This document shows positions 11,831 to 25,114 of a stretch of DNA of 64,000 bases, in pieces; the first letter of the stretch is position 1, and the number at the start of each line of letters is the position of its first letter. Origin of the DNA: Lingula anatina (taxonomy: Eukaryota; Animalia; Brachiopoda); contig CM120642.1 in NCBI GenBank assembly GCA_051362555.1, forward strand, positions 10,168,001 through 10,232,000. The letters are read 5' to 3'. The notes under the pieces were generated by a model that searched no databases, had not been told where the DNA came from, and saw only the letters and a list, made by a program, of their open reading frames with translations. A program made the position numbers and the translations under genes.

Positions 11831-14811
11831 TTAGATGTACATATAATAAATGAAAATTGCTATCAAAGTCTGCCAGAACATAAAATTGCCTTGGACTGGA
11901 GAGAGGGATGTTGGGATACCGGCACTCTTTTTTCCAGACGAGATCGCACCTAAGGAGTTGCGGTATCTCATGAAATTGACGTTAAAATTAATTTTGAAAT
12001 AAATCTGACGGTGAGATTTTACTTTGACTTCATCCACAAAGCCCTCGAACAATCGATCGGCGTCGCTCACACGATGAACGCCCTGCTTAAGTCTTATCGG
12101 TATAACGATGGTGATATTACCCCCCTCATCTCGGGGTAGGGTGCACCAATCTCCTGCTATCCCTTCTGCTGATAGCACCCACGCGCCACGTGGTGAAAAG
12201 CTGGATAAGTCTCTCCCACTAAAAAACTTGAAGTCAGTAGTGCAGAGTGCCAAAAACTCACATGGTCTCTTAATGGGCTCTTTGGGACTGAGTTGGATAG
12301 TTAAGTTGAATGTCAAGTTAATGATTAGATCGAGTGGGAGAGAGCACCACTTTTCATCCGCTGGACATTCTTCGGACTGCTTACAGGCATCCTAAAATTT
12401 AATCCAAACGAATTAGCTTTTCCCGATTTCGAGCCTCGGGTTCGTGATCGCAAATGACGAATTATTGACTCAAACTGCGACATCATGCCACGAACATAAA
12501 TTCAGTGGGCGCGAGCACCGCGATACAAATCGCGAATCTTTTCGGTACCTGTTCGGTACGTTCCGTATGTACGGGATGGGGGTTGAGGAAAAGAACCCTA
12601 TGTATAAAGCTAGAGACCCGGAGGAATGCTGGCTTTTATGTACCTGGGGTACATGTGATGCTCGCGACCACTTATTATACATTCACGCCCTGATGTCGCG
12701 CTTTAAGTATTTAATTCGTTAGCGATAACAAATCCCATGTTCGAGATCGCAAACGGCATTTACCGTTTATAAGGCGTGTGATACTGGAAAAAATAATATG
12801 TATAAAGCAATTTTAACTACAGGTACATTATCATGTGCGTGGTACGGCCAGCGTGCTTATAGGTTTCGGGCATAAGTCAAATTTGACAATTGAATGAAAT
12901 AATGAAATAGAATGACAACTTTCTACATTACTCACTTTAATTAACCATACTTGGAGGCTCACTAGGGGAACATATACAAATGATTACATATAACGAAATG
13001 GAAAAAATCGATACATTAGATAGAATAGCAGGCTACCCTTAAAAAAGACACGTCAGGAAATTTCTGTAGGGGTAACCTTACTACCAATGAAATCATGTGC
13101 CAATATAAAGACTACATTGTAAATATAAAGATTAGAAACTCTTCAGATGATTCATTCGAAGTGTTATTTTCGTCTATATTGCAGGTTTCAACTATATTTT
13201 CATGTGGCCCAAGTGAATTAAAGAATTGTGCATGCTTACGGAAGTCCAAGTTTCCTGGCAGCGTGCTTCTCTGTGATAATCAATTAAAGCAGAAAGGCCC
13301 TGTGGTTCGAACACCTTCCTTTCTAGTTCGTCTGGAGGTTGAAAGGTCAATTATAAGTTGCACAAAAATGATGTGCATAATAATCGTTTTTATTGCAGTA
13401 TGTACAAAAAGTTTACAAAATACAAATATTTGAAGACCTAATAAGTCGATAAATTCATAGATTTTTTCTAAATATACTAAACATTGTAACAGTGAATAGC
13501 TTCTCTATGTCAGTTACTTTAAGATCAAAACAGTTGGAAAGCGTATTTAAAATAACAATAAACAAAAAGAAGGTAAAAATATTACACAAATTCACTCTGG
13601 TTTTGGTAATGGCCTCAATAAAAATGATAAACGTATGATCAAGATGACTTACCATTTTCATTACACTTTTGAATGCTTGGGATATTATTCCGTGGCAGGC
13701 GACAAAGCCAACAGTAAATATTTCGACCATAAGAGTATCCAAGGGGTCCTGCAAAATAGGTCACGGACACGGGTCCAGAACCACAAAGACGCGAGGTCTC
13801 AGCGTCGGCAAAGTCTGGACATTTCCCATTATCAGTCCCACTCACTGGTTCGTGCACTCCTCCAGGGCCAATGCAAGGGCGCCCTGGGTGCTGTTCCGGG
13901 TCATCAAAGAGCACCATGCAATCTGGTGCCAAATGAATCTGCTCCAAAAGTCCGGCAACGGTCTTAACGTCTTTGAAAACTTCGATTTGTGACTTCTGAC
14001 AAACAATCTTGGGTTTCCATGCTTTGTGTGACATCGCTTTGTGACATTCTGCACAGAAAGCGTTTTTGAATGTGATATTTGCCTTTGTTGACGAGACGGG
14101 CAATAAAACATTGATGTCTGTGGACCAACCATTGAATTCGCATTTCTTTCGAACAGCTTCATCACCCCAGTGACTTGGACATGAAGACACTACCCAATAG
14201 AATTTACTGTCATCGTCAGGGATTTCTCTAGATGCCTGTAACCAACACTTTGTATCATCTCTCTGTATTTCAAAGCCCGTGATTCTGGTGTCGTTGCAAA
14301 AGCGGTCATATGGCCAACAGCAATCACCAAACACGCTACACAAGTCGTCGCAGAAACAAGTTACGAGGACGATATCATTGGTCAAGCTGTCTTTAAGTCT
14401 AGCACAAAACGGGGTGTTAACTGTTACGTTCAACAGCATCAGTTCTCTCTGTGAATAATCTGAAAAAGTTGAACCAACCTGGTCTAGTTTCGGTGTTGAG
14501 TTAAATGAATGTTTTTGAGATTCATGACCAGTGCTCCTTTGGTCTGTGATTATGAGGTTGTCACTTTCGGTGACCACTGGAGGGCCGGTTTGGTCTCTGG
14601 TGCTTTCGTGCCTAGGCCGAGTCATTCTCAACAACTTGTCGCGACTGCTGACGGTTTCAGGAGAAAACAAAGTTGTAGACGTGACAGTGGCAGAGTTACT
14701 CATAGACCTAGGCTTTCTTTGCTTTGGCACATCGGCTGCAAGACCTTCATTAAAACTTTTTGAAGTGACCAAAAAATACAAAACCATCGCCAAAAGCATT
14801 ACGACCTTCAT
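11831..14811 (-). CDS. Predicted GPI-anchored Cys-rich protein with SMB-like motif, copy A2 (603 aa, 3 exons)
   Basis: Exons 14811-13653, 13331-13240 and 12391-11831, with GT-AG introns of phase 1 and 0 and an open frame throughout. Signal peptide; CFCDDLCSVFGDCC; YWVVSSCP...LLPVSS...TFKNAFCAECH; ends ...SSGKKSAGIPTSLSPVQGNFMFWQTLIAIFIYYMYI*. Confidence 0.88.
12416..12760. mobile_element. Old CpG-rich foldback/MITE-like element in intron 2, shared by all A copies
   Basis: Imperfect ~70-bp inverted arms (ttcgagcctcgggttcgtgatcgcaaa... / ...gcgataacaaatccca.gttcgagatcgcaaacggc). Copies at ~3318-3660, 29097-29445, 43869-44212 and 62004-62347. Confidence 0.55.
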
Positions 14812-14855
14812 GTTTGATAACTCTTTTTTCTCTAATGCTCTGCTATGGTATTTTG

Positions 14856-15001
14856 TTTATATACATGCTGACGCTTACGTGTTTTTGGAAGATGGCTGGT
14901 ATCGTCGTTTTAGAGGTTTAGAGGTTCAGAATTGCCGTGTCACAAAGATGAATGATTTGAACCAATCAGCAAGAGCAAGAAAAATGGTTTAAGCCAATCA
15001 G
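14856..15001 (-). promoter_or_regulatory. Putative core promoter of A2
   Basis: TATATAAA (minus) at ~14856-14863; CCAATCAG at 14962 and 14994. Confidence 0.6.
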
Positions 15002-16741
15002 AAACATATCTGTAACACAGTATTACACTGCGAATAAACATTTTCGGTATCTGGATGATAATAAAGGGTTACAATAACCTTAAAACAGGTATTGTTCGAT
15101 TTCGTATAGCAAATAAACAATTTGATCGTAGCGGTGTTCTGACAAGTTCTTTGCTTTGTTTAAGACCAGGAGTAGTAAAACGGATAAAGGCATAGAAACA
15201 ATGCCATGTTCTTATAATTTTTTTATAAAGAAATAAGACGTATTTCCCAAAAGGCCAATAAAGACAAAGGTTAAGTGCAGTGTCCAACGGATGACGCTGT
15301 ACCTGTACTAGCATAGCGCTATTTTGGAACCATTGCTCATTGTCATCTAGAAATATTTTGTTGGGTGCTTTCAAATTCGTGTTTTTGTAACATTATCCGA
15401 TCACGCGTTAGATTTTTAAACGTGCCGCCATTTTGATTGACAGCTCTGGACAGGTCCCTAGCCTAATGATGCCGAGTAGGGTGTCAAGGATATGTATTAA
15501 GAAGCGCTAACAAAGGCGATTACGTTTAACCGCAATTATGAGGTGTGAAATTGCATTTAAACGTTTCCATGGGCTTTCCTCGGCAATCGAGCAATTTTAC
15601 CTGGAAGCTACCTTCTCTGTTAGCGGCAAATTGTTCATATGAAATTGTTTGAATCTGTCGAGAGAAAGTGGCCGTCACTTGTGTAAGTATAAGTTTTTGG
15701 CAGGTAACGCTGCAGGATTGTTTTCACGATTCTTGGTAATTGTATATGAAAGATATAGGGGGCCTAATGCAAGTAACAGATTTGCAAATTAGGCATATTT
15801 CATTTTTATACACATCACACTACTGTAATTACTTTTTTATCTGCTTAATCTTGATTATTCTCTATTTTTAACTCCGATAAGAGGCTGACAGAATGTCACC
15901 TTTGTCTTGGCATTTGTCACTGATTAGCGCCTACCCCGGTGTAAATGGTGTATGAGTGTGATCATATGTGTGGAATTTCATGTCAGAGGGACATATTAAG
16001 ATCTAAAAATTCGTCACAATATTAAAAAAGATACATCTTTGCACAGCAAAATTACCAACTACTTTCTGGTTTTCACAAGATCCTTCAAGACCTCTAAAAC
16101 ATCGTAATAATTGCAGCACATACCACAAAACACCCAAAAATACTTAGATATGGACATATCAGATTATTTAAATGCCAAAATTCCACATGACAACGGTTTA
16201 TAGCCTCCCAGGAATTCTTTTCCCTTGACGCTCTTTGTCGCGCTGGCGGTAGATGCAGCATGTATTTCAAAACAAATCGACTGCAAATTAATCACGATTT
16301 TGCACCTTCAAGTTCCTTGTCACGTTTTCATATCATGCACCTTTTATTTCTACAAGTATTCTATTCCTAAAATGCGTAAAGAAAAAATGTTAACTAACCA
16401 AGTTGTTTGGAAAACTGCTTTTTCCTCTGACTACACGTCTTCTCTCCCTTTCACCTCCAGCTTAAAATGACCACTCAGCTTCGCTTCTAACACCACTACA
16501 CGTCATTTCCGGGCACACATCCGGCACAATTTTAACTAATTCTCGTCTCCTCCGGTACCCTTTATTAACCCCCGCTTAAATTTCTCTCATTTAGCCATTC
16601 CCATTACAATTTTTTTCGTCTCTAACGCTTCTTAATATATTCATATTTTGGTGAAGAAAGTTTATTTTTGTCAAAATGAGTTTCTATCAGTAGATTCTGT
16701 GTTGCGTTTTACAGCTGCTTTTTAAACGGTGTCGAACAATC

Positions 16742-19700
16742 TAGTCCGTGGGCCAAATACCGAAACCCTCCCCCCCCTTAGTGATTTTCGTTCACTATGT
16801 TTTTCTGATAGCTTAGGTCCTTAGCTTTTATTTTCTGCTTGTTTGCCATTAAACTGGTGGTGGGTGTGTGTGCTACAGCCGTTGCCATGGTAACACACGG
16901 GTTAAAAATTTACATTTCTGAGCCCGACAAAATCTAAAATATTTCAAATACATAAACTAAATAGAATTCAAAATCGTTCTAGACATGTAGTCTAAGATGT
17001 GCACTATACCTAACAGTGAACAAAATTTTCCAAGATGGCGGCAAATCCAAGATGGCGGCCAATTTTTACTGTTTTTTCAGAAATTTTGATAATTTTTAAT
17101 TTTTTAATTCTTATTTAAGTATTAAAGAATTGCAATATCTGGGATATTTTGATGCACCAGTGTAGCATGGAATCTCTACTTTCTGTCTGTAGTGTTTGTT
17201 CAAGGTGCAATCTTTTTATTGAGATGAAAAATCCTGAAATCCAACATGGCTGCCACAAAACAAGTCTTTTACATGTAGCTGTCCTGTCTGGAAATATGAC
17301 AGAATTATCATCCCTAATTAAGTTCTTCATTACTTTTGGTGCACTGAATATAAAAACAGAACCCTTTTCAATTACTTGACTTAATTTGGATTACAGTATG
17401 GCTTTCAAAACTCAAAATGGCCGCCAATGACCGTGAATTTACATCTTTGTAACCAGTCGACTAAAATATGACAGCAATATTCCTAATTTTATCTTAAAAT
17501 TGAATGAATACTTATGTTTTAATAGTGCTGATCACTACTAGATGTGTGGTCATGTAAAATGATTAAAAAAAGAAAGATCAAATGGTCAACAATAACCTAG
17601 ACTAGATAAAAGACCTATAATACCCCCCAATAAATGCAAGTCACTCATATTTGACCTAAGAAATCACACAAAGTTTCATGTACATGCTAATCACTCACAT
17701 TTGACATGGAAAAGAAAACTTTTGAGTTGAAATACTAATGTATTCTGTCGCATTTGAAAGAAATGGCTGTCAGTGAGTATAGGGGACTATATATTTATGG
17801 TCAATATGATACACTCTTGCTAAAAAAATTGATTGAACATTATATTTCAAAAGATTGTTACTTAGATTGATTTTGTTAATCTGAATCCCCCTTTAGCGAC
17901 TTTTATTTACTATTATATATCGCTTACATCCTAAGATCCCATTTTCGGCTTGTTTTCTATTCAATTAACCCAGCCATTGCCATACTAACAAAGGGGTTCG
18001 AAATTGACATTTCTGAGACTAAGAAAATTTCATACATTTCAAATATATTAACTTCAACAATAATGTAAACTTAAGAAGACATCTGTATTCGTGGTATGAT
18101 GGCAAAACATTCTTTGAACATTCAAGATGATGTGATTTTTTTCAAAATTGCAGCCGGTTTAAGCTGATTTCTAAACCTGTTTCTACTGTAAGTAACTAAC
18201 GTTGAAAATTTAATAAATTTAATGGGATCGAGAAATGTTAAGTATTTTGATATCCATATGGTATTTAGTCTTTAATTACGGCTTATAGTGTTTGTTATTC
18301 CTATAATTATCATTTTAAGAACAAAAAAAAACTTGAAATTCAAAATGACCCCAACAAATCCTGGGTGTATATTGTGTATATTTTGCTGTCCTATTAAACT
18401 TCTAATATTGTATATTGTTCTCTGAAATTGCCTTCTTTCTATCTGGATTTATTCTTTTATTCTTTTGTATTTGTTGTTACCTTTTGATGTATTGAATTTG
18501 AATAATATGAAGCCAAGATCGTATAGTAATAGTAAGTGTATAAGTGTAGAAAGGGCATATTTGATTATAATTAACTGCACAAATTTTAGAATTATTTGTT
18601 TGTTGCACTGTTTAATATTATTGCAGCAAAATTCATACCTGCACTGTCATGGCCATTTGTGGCCATGGTGAATTTTGGAATAGCCAAGTAAATATAATTT
18701 GGCTGAAAATGAATAGAAATGATTTATATTTAGGTAATATCCTAATAGTTTAATTCAGTTTATCAGAAAGAGCAAAAGAGGCATTTTGAAACGAAAATGT
18801 AATATATATTCGGTCAGCACAGCAATATGTATGAACCCTGTTTTGTGATGGCCACCATGGGTTTTAGGTTTTATTACACTTAAAAAAGAGGATATAGGAG
18901 TAACAATCACTGTAAACAGTAATTATGCAATTCTGTTCATATCAGCATATCCAAAAACCTAACATTTTTCAATTCCAATGCTGCTTTCAAAGTTTACAAA
19001 AAGCTACTTTCAGTAATAAGAAGGAAATTAACATAAACCTATCGTCATCTTGGATTGGCTGCCATTTTGGCAATTTAACTACGAAAATTTTTTCAAATAA
19101 TTTTGTTGATAACTGAGGTCCAAGTCTAATTTTTTTTAAAAAGTTTACAATACAGCGAGTTCATATATTTGAAATACATGGCAATTTAAAGGTCTCAGAA
19201 AATATAATTTTAAAACCCCTGTGTTACTATGGTAACAGCTGAATCTGTCGCACCTTTCACCTATTACATGGCAAACAAGCAGAATATTTGAACTTAGGGC
19301 CCAAGCTATCAGAAAATCATAGTAAATAAAAATTCCTAATAGGGCTGAGCTAGCTTGAGTTTATTAAATTTTATTTTGTATTGGAATAATGTATTATATC
19401 ATTTCATGTGTAAGCAAATTGGCGGCCATTTTGAATTTCGAAAGTCATAATGCAATCTGAATTAACACAATTTATAGAAAAGGGTCCTAGGTCCATATTC
19501 AGTACACCTAAAAGTAATAAAGAATGTAATTTGGGATGATTAATGTGGCATCTTTCCAGTTAGGACAGCCGTATGTAAAAGACATGTTTTGTGGCAGCCA
19601 CCTTGGATTTCAGGATTTTACGTCAAAATTAAAAGGTTACATCTTTAACAAGCACTTAAGGCAGACAGCAGAGGCTTTTTACCATTATGGAACATCAAAA

Positions 19701-20836
19701 CACATGCCACATTGCAATTTCTTAATAATTAAATAAAAATTCAAATATAAAAAAATTCCCAAAATTATTAAAAAATAAGCAATAATTGGCAGCCATCTTG
19801 AATTTGCTGCCATCTTGGGACATTTTGATGATTGTGAAGTATAGCACACTTCTTAATTTACACATCTGGTATAATTGTGAATTCCATGATTTGTAATGCA
19901 TTTGGAATATTTAATTTTTATTTTTGGTCTCAAAAATATCAATTTTCAACCCCAGACATTACCATGGCAACAGCTCTGTTACTCACACCCACCACCAGGT
20001 TAATGGCAAACAAGCAAAAAATAAAAGCTAGGGGCCTAACCTACCAGAAAATAATAGTAAACAAAAATCACTAATGGGACTAAGTTGGTGGGAGATAATT
20101 AAAATCAATATTCTGTTGGAAGAATATATTATATCAATTTTAGCCAGTGTGTATAAGCATATTGGCGGCCATTTTGAATTTTGAAAGTCTTAATGTAATC
20201 AGAATTAATGCAAATTGTTTTAAAAAGTCCTAAGGTCGAATTCAGTTTATTAAAAGTAATAAAGAATGATACTTTGATGAGAAATCTGGCATCTTTCCAG
20301 TTGGGACAGCAGACTTATATTTTGGTCACCATTTTGGATTTGAGGATTTTACAACAAAATTAAAAGGTTTCATCTAAAATAAATACTGTAGGTAGCAAGT
20401 AGAGACTGTATGCTATTCCAGCGCATCAAAACATATCCCACATTCTTATTCCTTTATTATTGAATAAAGACTCAAATATAAAAAATAATTGAAATTACTC
20501 AAAAATTAGCAATAATTGGTCGCCATCTTGAATTTACAGCCATATTGGAATATTTTGAGGATCATAAAGTATAGTGCAGCTCTTAAACTATACATCTGAA
20601 AGGATTTTGAATTCCATTCACTTAACACATTTGAATAATTTAATATTTTTTTGGTCTCAGAAATTTCAATTTTTTATCTCAGACGTTACCATGGCAACGG
20701 CTGTAGCACACACACCCACCACCAGTTTAATGGCAAACAAGCGGAAAATCAAAGCTTAGGACCTAAGCTATCAGAAAAACATAGTGAACGAAAATCACTA
20801 AGGGGGGGAGGGGGGTCTACATTGGCCCATAGACTA
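16742..20836. mobile_element. Non-autonomous Academ-like DNA transposon (4.1 kb, long TIRs)
   Basis: atc|TAGTCCGTGGGCC ... GGCCCATAGACTA|atc: 3-bp TSD and TAGT termini. Inverted similarity extends several hundred bp (16742-~17440 vs ~20150-20836). The right arm has three ~730-bp subterminal repeats (19226, 19961, 20688). No transposase ORF. Confidence 0.75.
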
Positions 20837-20979
20837 ATCATTTCCGGTTTCGTAATGTGTCGCAGATACGCTCGCCGATACATATCGCCAAAATTAAGAC
20901 CTATAAGTATTGCTTACGGTGGTTTTTTTCTTTATTGATTTTTCTTACGTAACGTAACGTTGATTTTTCTTATGTAACG

Positions 20980-23800
20980 TTTAATATGTAATATGTTTTC
21001 TTGGTCTTATCTTTGTATTGATACAACACAGTTCGTTAGTCCCCTTTTCCATCAAGAGGCATGCATATCAATTTCTTAATATGCTTTGAATATAAGGAAA
21101 GATATTTCAATTACCAAAATTGCGACTTCAACTTTTTCCACAACATAAGACTTTTGCTTACCAACTTGCACGAGAGATATTTCGATTAGCCATCAACATA
21201 AACAGCGTTCTGCCAAGTTCTTTATTTTTGTTTAAATGGAGTATCTGGGCGTTGGCCATTGTAATTCAGTCATGATGATTGTTCTGGATATAACCTTATT
21301 ACAAACCGCAGCATCTTATCTGACATTTTCGCTTTTGCCACAAATCAAAGTCGGACAACTAAGCCCTGGGTTTAATGACTCTTTCTCTTTCGGAGTCTCT
21401 GTTGGTTGTTTTCGTGCAAAAAATATGCATGATGCGTTCGTTCCAGCACCGACACGGGGAAGCTTTTTTAATTTCAAATTTTCAAAAGTACCAACTCAAA
21501 TTGTCGGTGGCGTTTGATTGAAATTTACAGCCCACTTTCAAAAATGGTTCACGGCTCTCTTCACCTGTCATTCTACGGAACCACGGAATCTTGATGTCTG
21601 GATGCGCCACTGTGATTGGCGCGGTCATTTCACACGAAAACCGTTAACGTGTGTATGATTCTTCCGTGCAGTGGACATATTGCAATCATTATTATCAACA
21701 AAACATATTATCTGAACACATTACATATCAGCAGCGCATGTAACTTATTTCCACGGACATTTACTTATTATAATTATGTGCTAGATACATAAGGACATGT
21801 GAAGCTTAATATATAATATGTAAATTCCTGGTCTGCTTTGAATATAAGGAAATATATCTCAATTTTCAAAATTACAATTTCAACTTTTTCCACAACATAA
21901 GACTTTTGCTTACCCACGTGCATGAGAGATATTTTGATTAGCCATCACCATAAACAGCTTTCTGCCAAGTTCTTTATTTTTGTTTAAATGAAGTATCTGG
22001 GCGTTGGCCACGGTAATTCCATCATGATGATGATTGTTCTGGATATAACCTTACTACAATCCGGAGTATCTTATCTGACATTTTTGCTTTCTCCACAAAT
22101 CAAAGACGGACAGCTGAGCCCTGGGTTAGATGACTCTTTCTCTTCCGGAGTCTTTGTTGGTTGTTTTCGAGAAAAAAAGTATGAAGCATTTTTTCAGAGC
22201 CGACATGGGGCCTAACCTAACCCAACACCAACCTTAACCCTAGATAACCTTACTACAACCCGGAGCATCTTATCTGACATTTTCCCTTTTCTCACAAATC
22301 AAAGATGGACAGCTGAGCCCTGGGTTGAATGACTCTTTCTTTCCGAGGCTCTGCTGGTTGTTTTCGAGAAAAAAAATATGCATGAAGCATTCGTTTCAGC
22401 GCCCACACGGGGAAGCTTTTTTAATTTCAAATTTTCAAAAGTACCAACTCTAATCGTCGGTGGCGTTTGATTGAAATTTACAGTCCACTTTCAAAAATGG
22501 TTCACGGCTCTCTTCACCTGTCATTCTACGGAACCACGGAATCTTGATGTCTGGATGCGCCACTGTGATTGGCGCGGTCATTTCACTCGAAAACCGTTAA
22601 CGTGTGTATGATTCTTTCGTGCAGTGGACATATTGCAATCATTATTATCAACAAAACATATTATCTGAACACATTACATATCAGTTATAACTTATACACT
22701 GTAACTTATTTCCACAGATATTAATTCTTATAATCATTAATTATAATTATAATTATGTGATGCAAACAAAAGGTTATGTAACGTTGAATATGTAATATGT
22801 TTTCTTGGTCTTATCTTTGTATTGATACAGCACAGTTCGTTAGTCCCCTTTTCCATCAAGAGGCATGCATATCAATTTCTTAATATGCTTTGAATATAAG
22901 GAAAGATATTTCAATTACCAAAATTGCGACTTCAACTTTTTCCACAACATAAGACTTTTGCTTACCAACTTGCACGAGAGATATTTCGATTAGCCATCAA
23001 CATAAACAGCGTTCTGCCAAGTTCTTTATTTTTGTTTAAATGGAGTATCTGGGCGTTGGCCATTGTAATTCAGTCATGATGATTGTTCTGGATATAACCT
23101 TATTACAAACCGCAGCATCTTATCTGACATTTTTGCTTTTGTCACAAATCAAAGACGGACAGCTGAGCCCTGGGTTAGATGACTCTTTCTCTTTCGGAGT
23201 CTTTGTTGGTTGTTTTAGAGAAAAACATATGCATGAAGCATTCGCTTCAGCGCCGACACGGGGAAGCTTATTTATTTTCTAACTTTCAAAAGTACCAACT
23301 CTGATTGTCGTCGCCGTTTGATTGAAATTTACAGCCCACTTTCAAAAATGGTTCACGGATTTCTTCAGCTGTCATTCTACGGAACCACGGAATCTTGCTG
23401 TCTGGATGCGCCACTGTGATTGGCGCGGTCAATTCACAAGAAAACCGTTAACGTGTGTATGATTCTTCCGTGCAGTGGACATATTGCAATCATTATTATC
23501 AACAAAACATATTATCTGAACACATTACATATCAGCAGCGCACTGTAACTTATTGCCACGGGCATTTACTTATTATATTCATTTATTATTATAATTATGT
23601 GCTAGATACATAAGGACATGTAAAGCTTAATATATAATATGTATTCTAGGCCTTATCCTTGTATTTATACAGCACAGTTAGCTAGCCCTTTTGCCATCAA
23701 GAGGCATGCATATCAAATTCCTGGTCTGCTTTGAATATAAGGAAAGATATCTCAATTTTCAAAATTGCAATTTCAACTTTTGTCACAACTTAAGCCTTTT
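20980..23800. repeat. Local tandem duplications (1804-bp period built from ~750-1050-bp subunits)
   Basis: 21236 aligns with 23040, and a subunit lies at 21988. The core 'ccttactacaacccggagcatcttatctgacatttt...gagccctgggtt' also occurs at ~8650, 8855, 34660, 34860, 37565, 50380, 50580 and 53282. Confidence 0.85.
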
Positions 23801-25114
23801 GTTTATCCACGATAGCTATTTCGATATGCCATTAGCCATTTTCTTCAGTCTCATAAACGGCGACATAATCTATAGAGCATTAGATAATGTTGAATCAAAT
23901 TACGTAATGTTATAGCATAAATAATAAATATCCTGACAAGTAGCGAACATATTTTCATTTGTGGGGTTGCAAAGAGGCCAACAAAACAGCTTGATGAAAA
24001 AAGGAAAGTTTTGCTGCTTTTAGATACTACTCAAAGTTTGATATTTTCCTGGTATTTTTATCCTGTGCGTGCCAGACCATTAAGCTGATCCTGCTAGTAC
24101 GATAACTGAATTGTGTAGCAATGTTTCACATATACCCTCTGTTGTTTTGCCTCCCTAGACGTAGCGGATGGAGCTGTAACATTATCCACATTTTTGTACT
24201 CCTCCAGCTCACGCGATCCCACGAGTTCATTGTTTTCTGACTGTGGAGTTTCAAAGGTTTCATTTTAGAAAAGTACGACCCATCCCTTATGTACACGTAA
24301 TACTAAATGTTGCATCTGAAAACGAGCATACAAGGTCAATTCCGTTGGCTCGAATACATGTATAACGTAACCGCCAAGAGGACTTCGTATTCGAATCGTT
24401 TCGATACTTAAAATGGAAATTATCCGCCAAATTTCTCGGGGAAAAAGCAATTTTTCCAATCAAGAATCATTGCTCTACTCGTTCCTGCACTTTTTGATTC
24501 AGCTATATAATTATAAACAACTGGCCAGTCTTTTAGATCGCCATGTCTTCCTGTACATTACAGGAGCTAATGACATCAGGTACTTTTATTTGAGGCTTTT
24601 ATAGTTTTCATATGCAGACAATGTCTAAACTTTGTAGAAATATAAGTTTTGTGAATTTTCAAACGCGCACGTGTGCTATATGTTTCCTTATCTAACGGCC
24701 TTCGTACATGTAGATCAATCCAACGCTGAGAGTACCCTCGCTGAATGCAATCAGAGTCCTACTCAGTTTTCTACTCTTCCTGAGTAGAAAACAGAAAAGC
24801 TTGTGATTTTAAACGAGTACTTTAGAAACAAGAGGAGGCGTATTAATTTGATAAACTGATTGCATTTAGCGACAGACAGTCCCTAGCGGAGTTGGATCGA
24901 TAAACTATGAAAATAAGCCAACAGGATACAGATTTAAAAAGGTGTCATATTATTGGGAGTCATGGTTCTTATTACTTGTTATCTTTAAATTTGCTGCATC
25001 TGAAAATATAATAATCATGTTTTGTCACCTTCAAATATCCTTGTCTGTGTAATATTAATCACTTCATTAGAAGTTCACGACAACATAGTGGAATTTGTCT
25101 ACAAACGCTGCACG

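Noticed and set aside
11831-12316. 161-aa ORF as a standalone gene
   Set aside because: It starts at TTG. The frame extends 25 codons upstream to a canonical acceptor, so it is exon 3 of A.
15164-16741. Outer transposon starting after TTAA at 15160-15163
   Set aside because: Homology to other copies breaks here, but I could not locate a matching terminus.
21236-23282. Repeated MEYLGVGH... ORFs as a small-protein family
   Set aside because: Frames and stops are not conserved among repeat copies, consistent with non-coding duplication.
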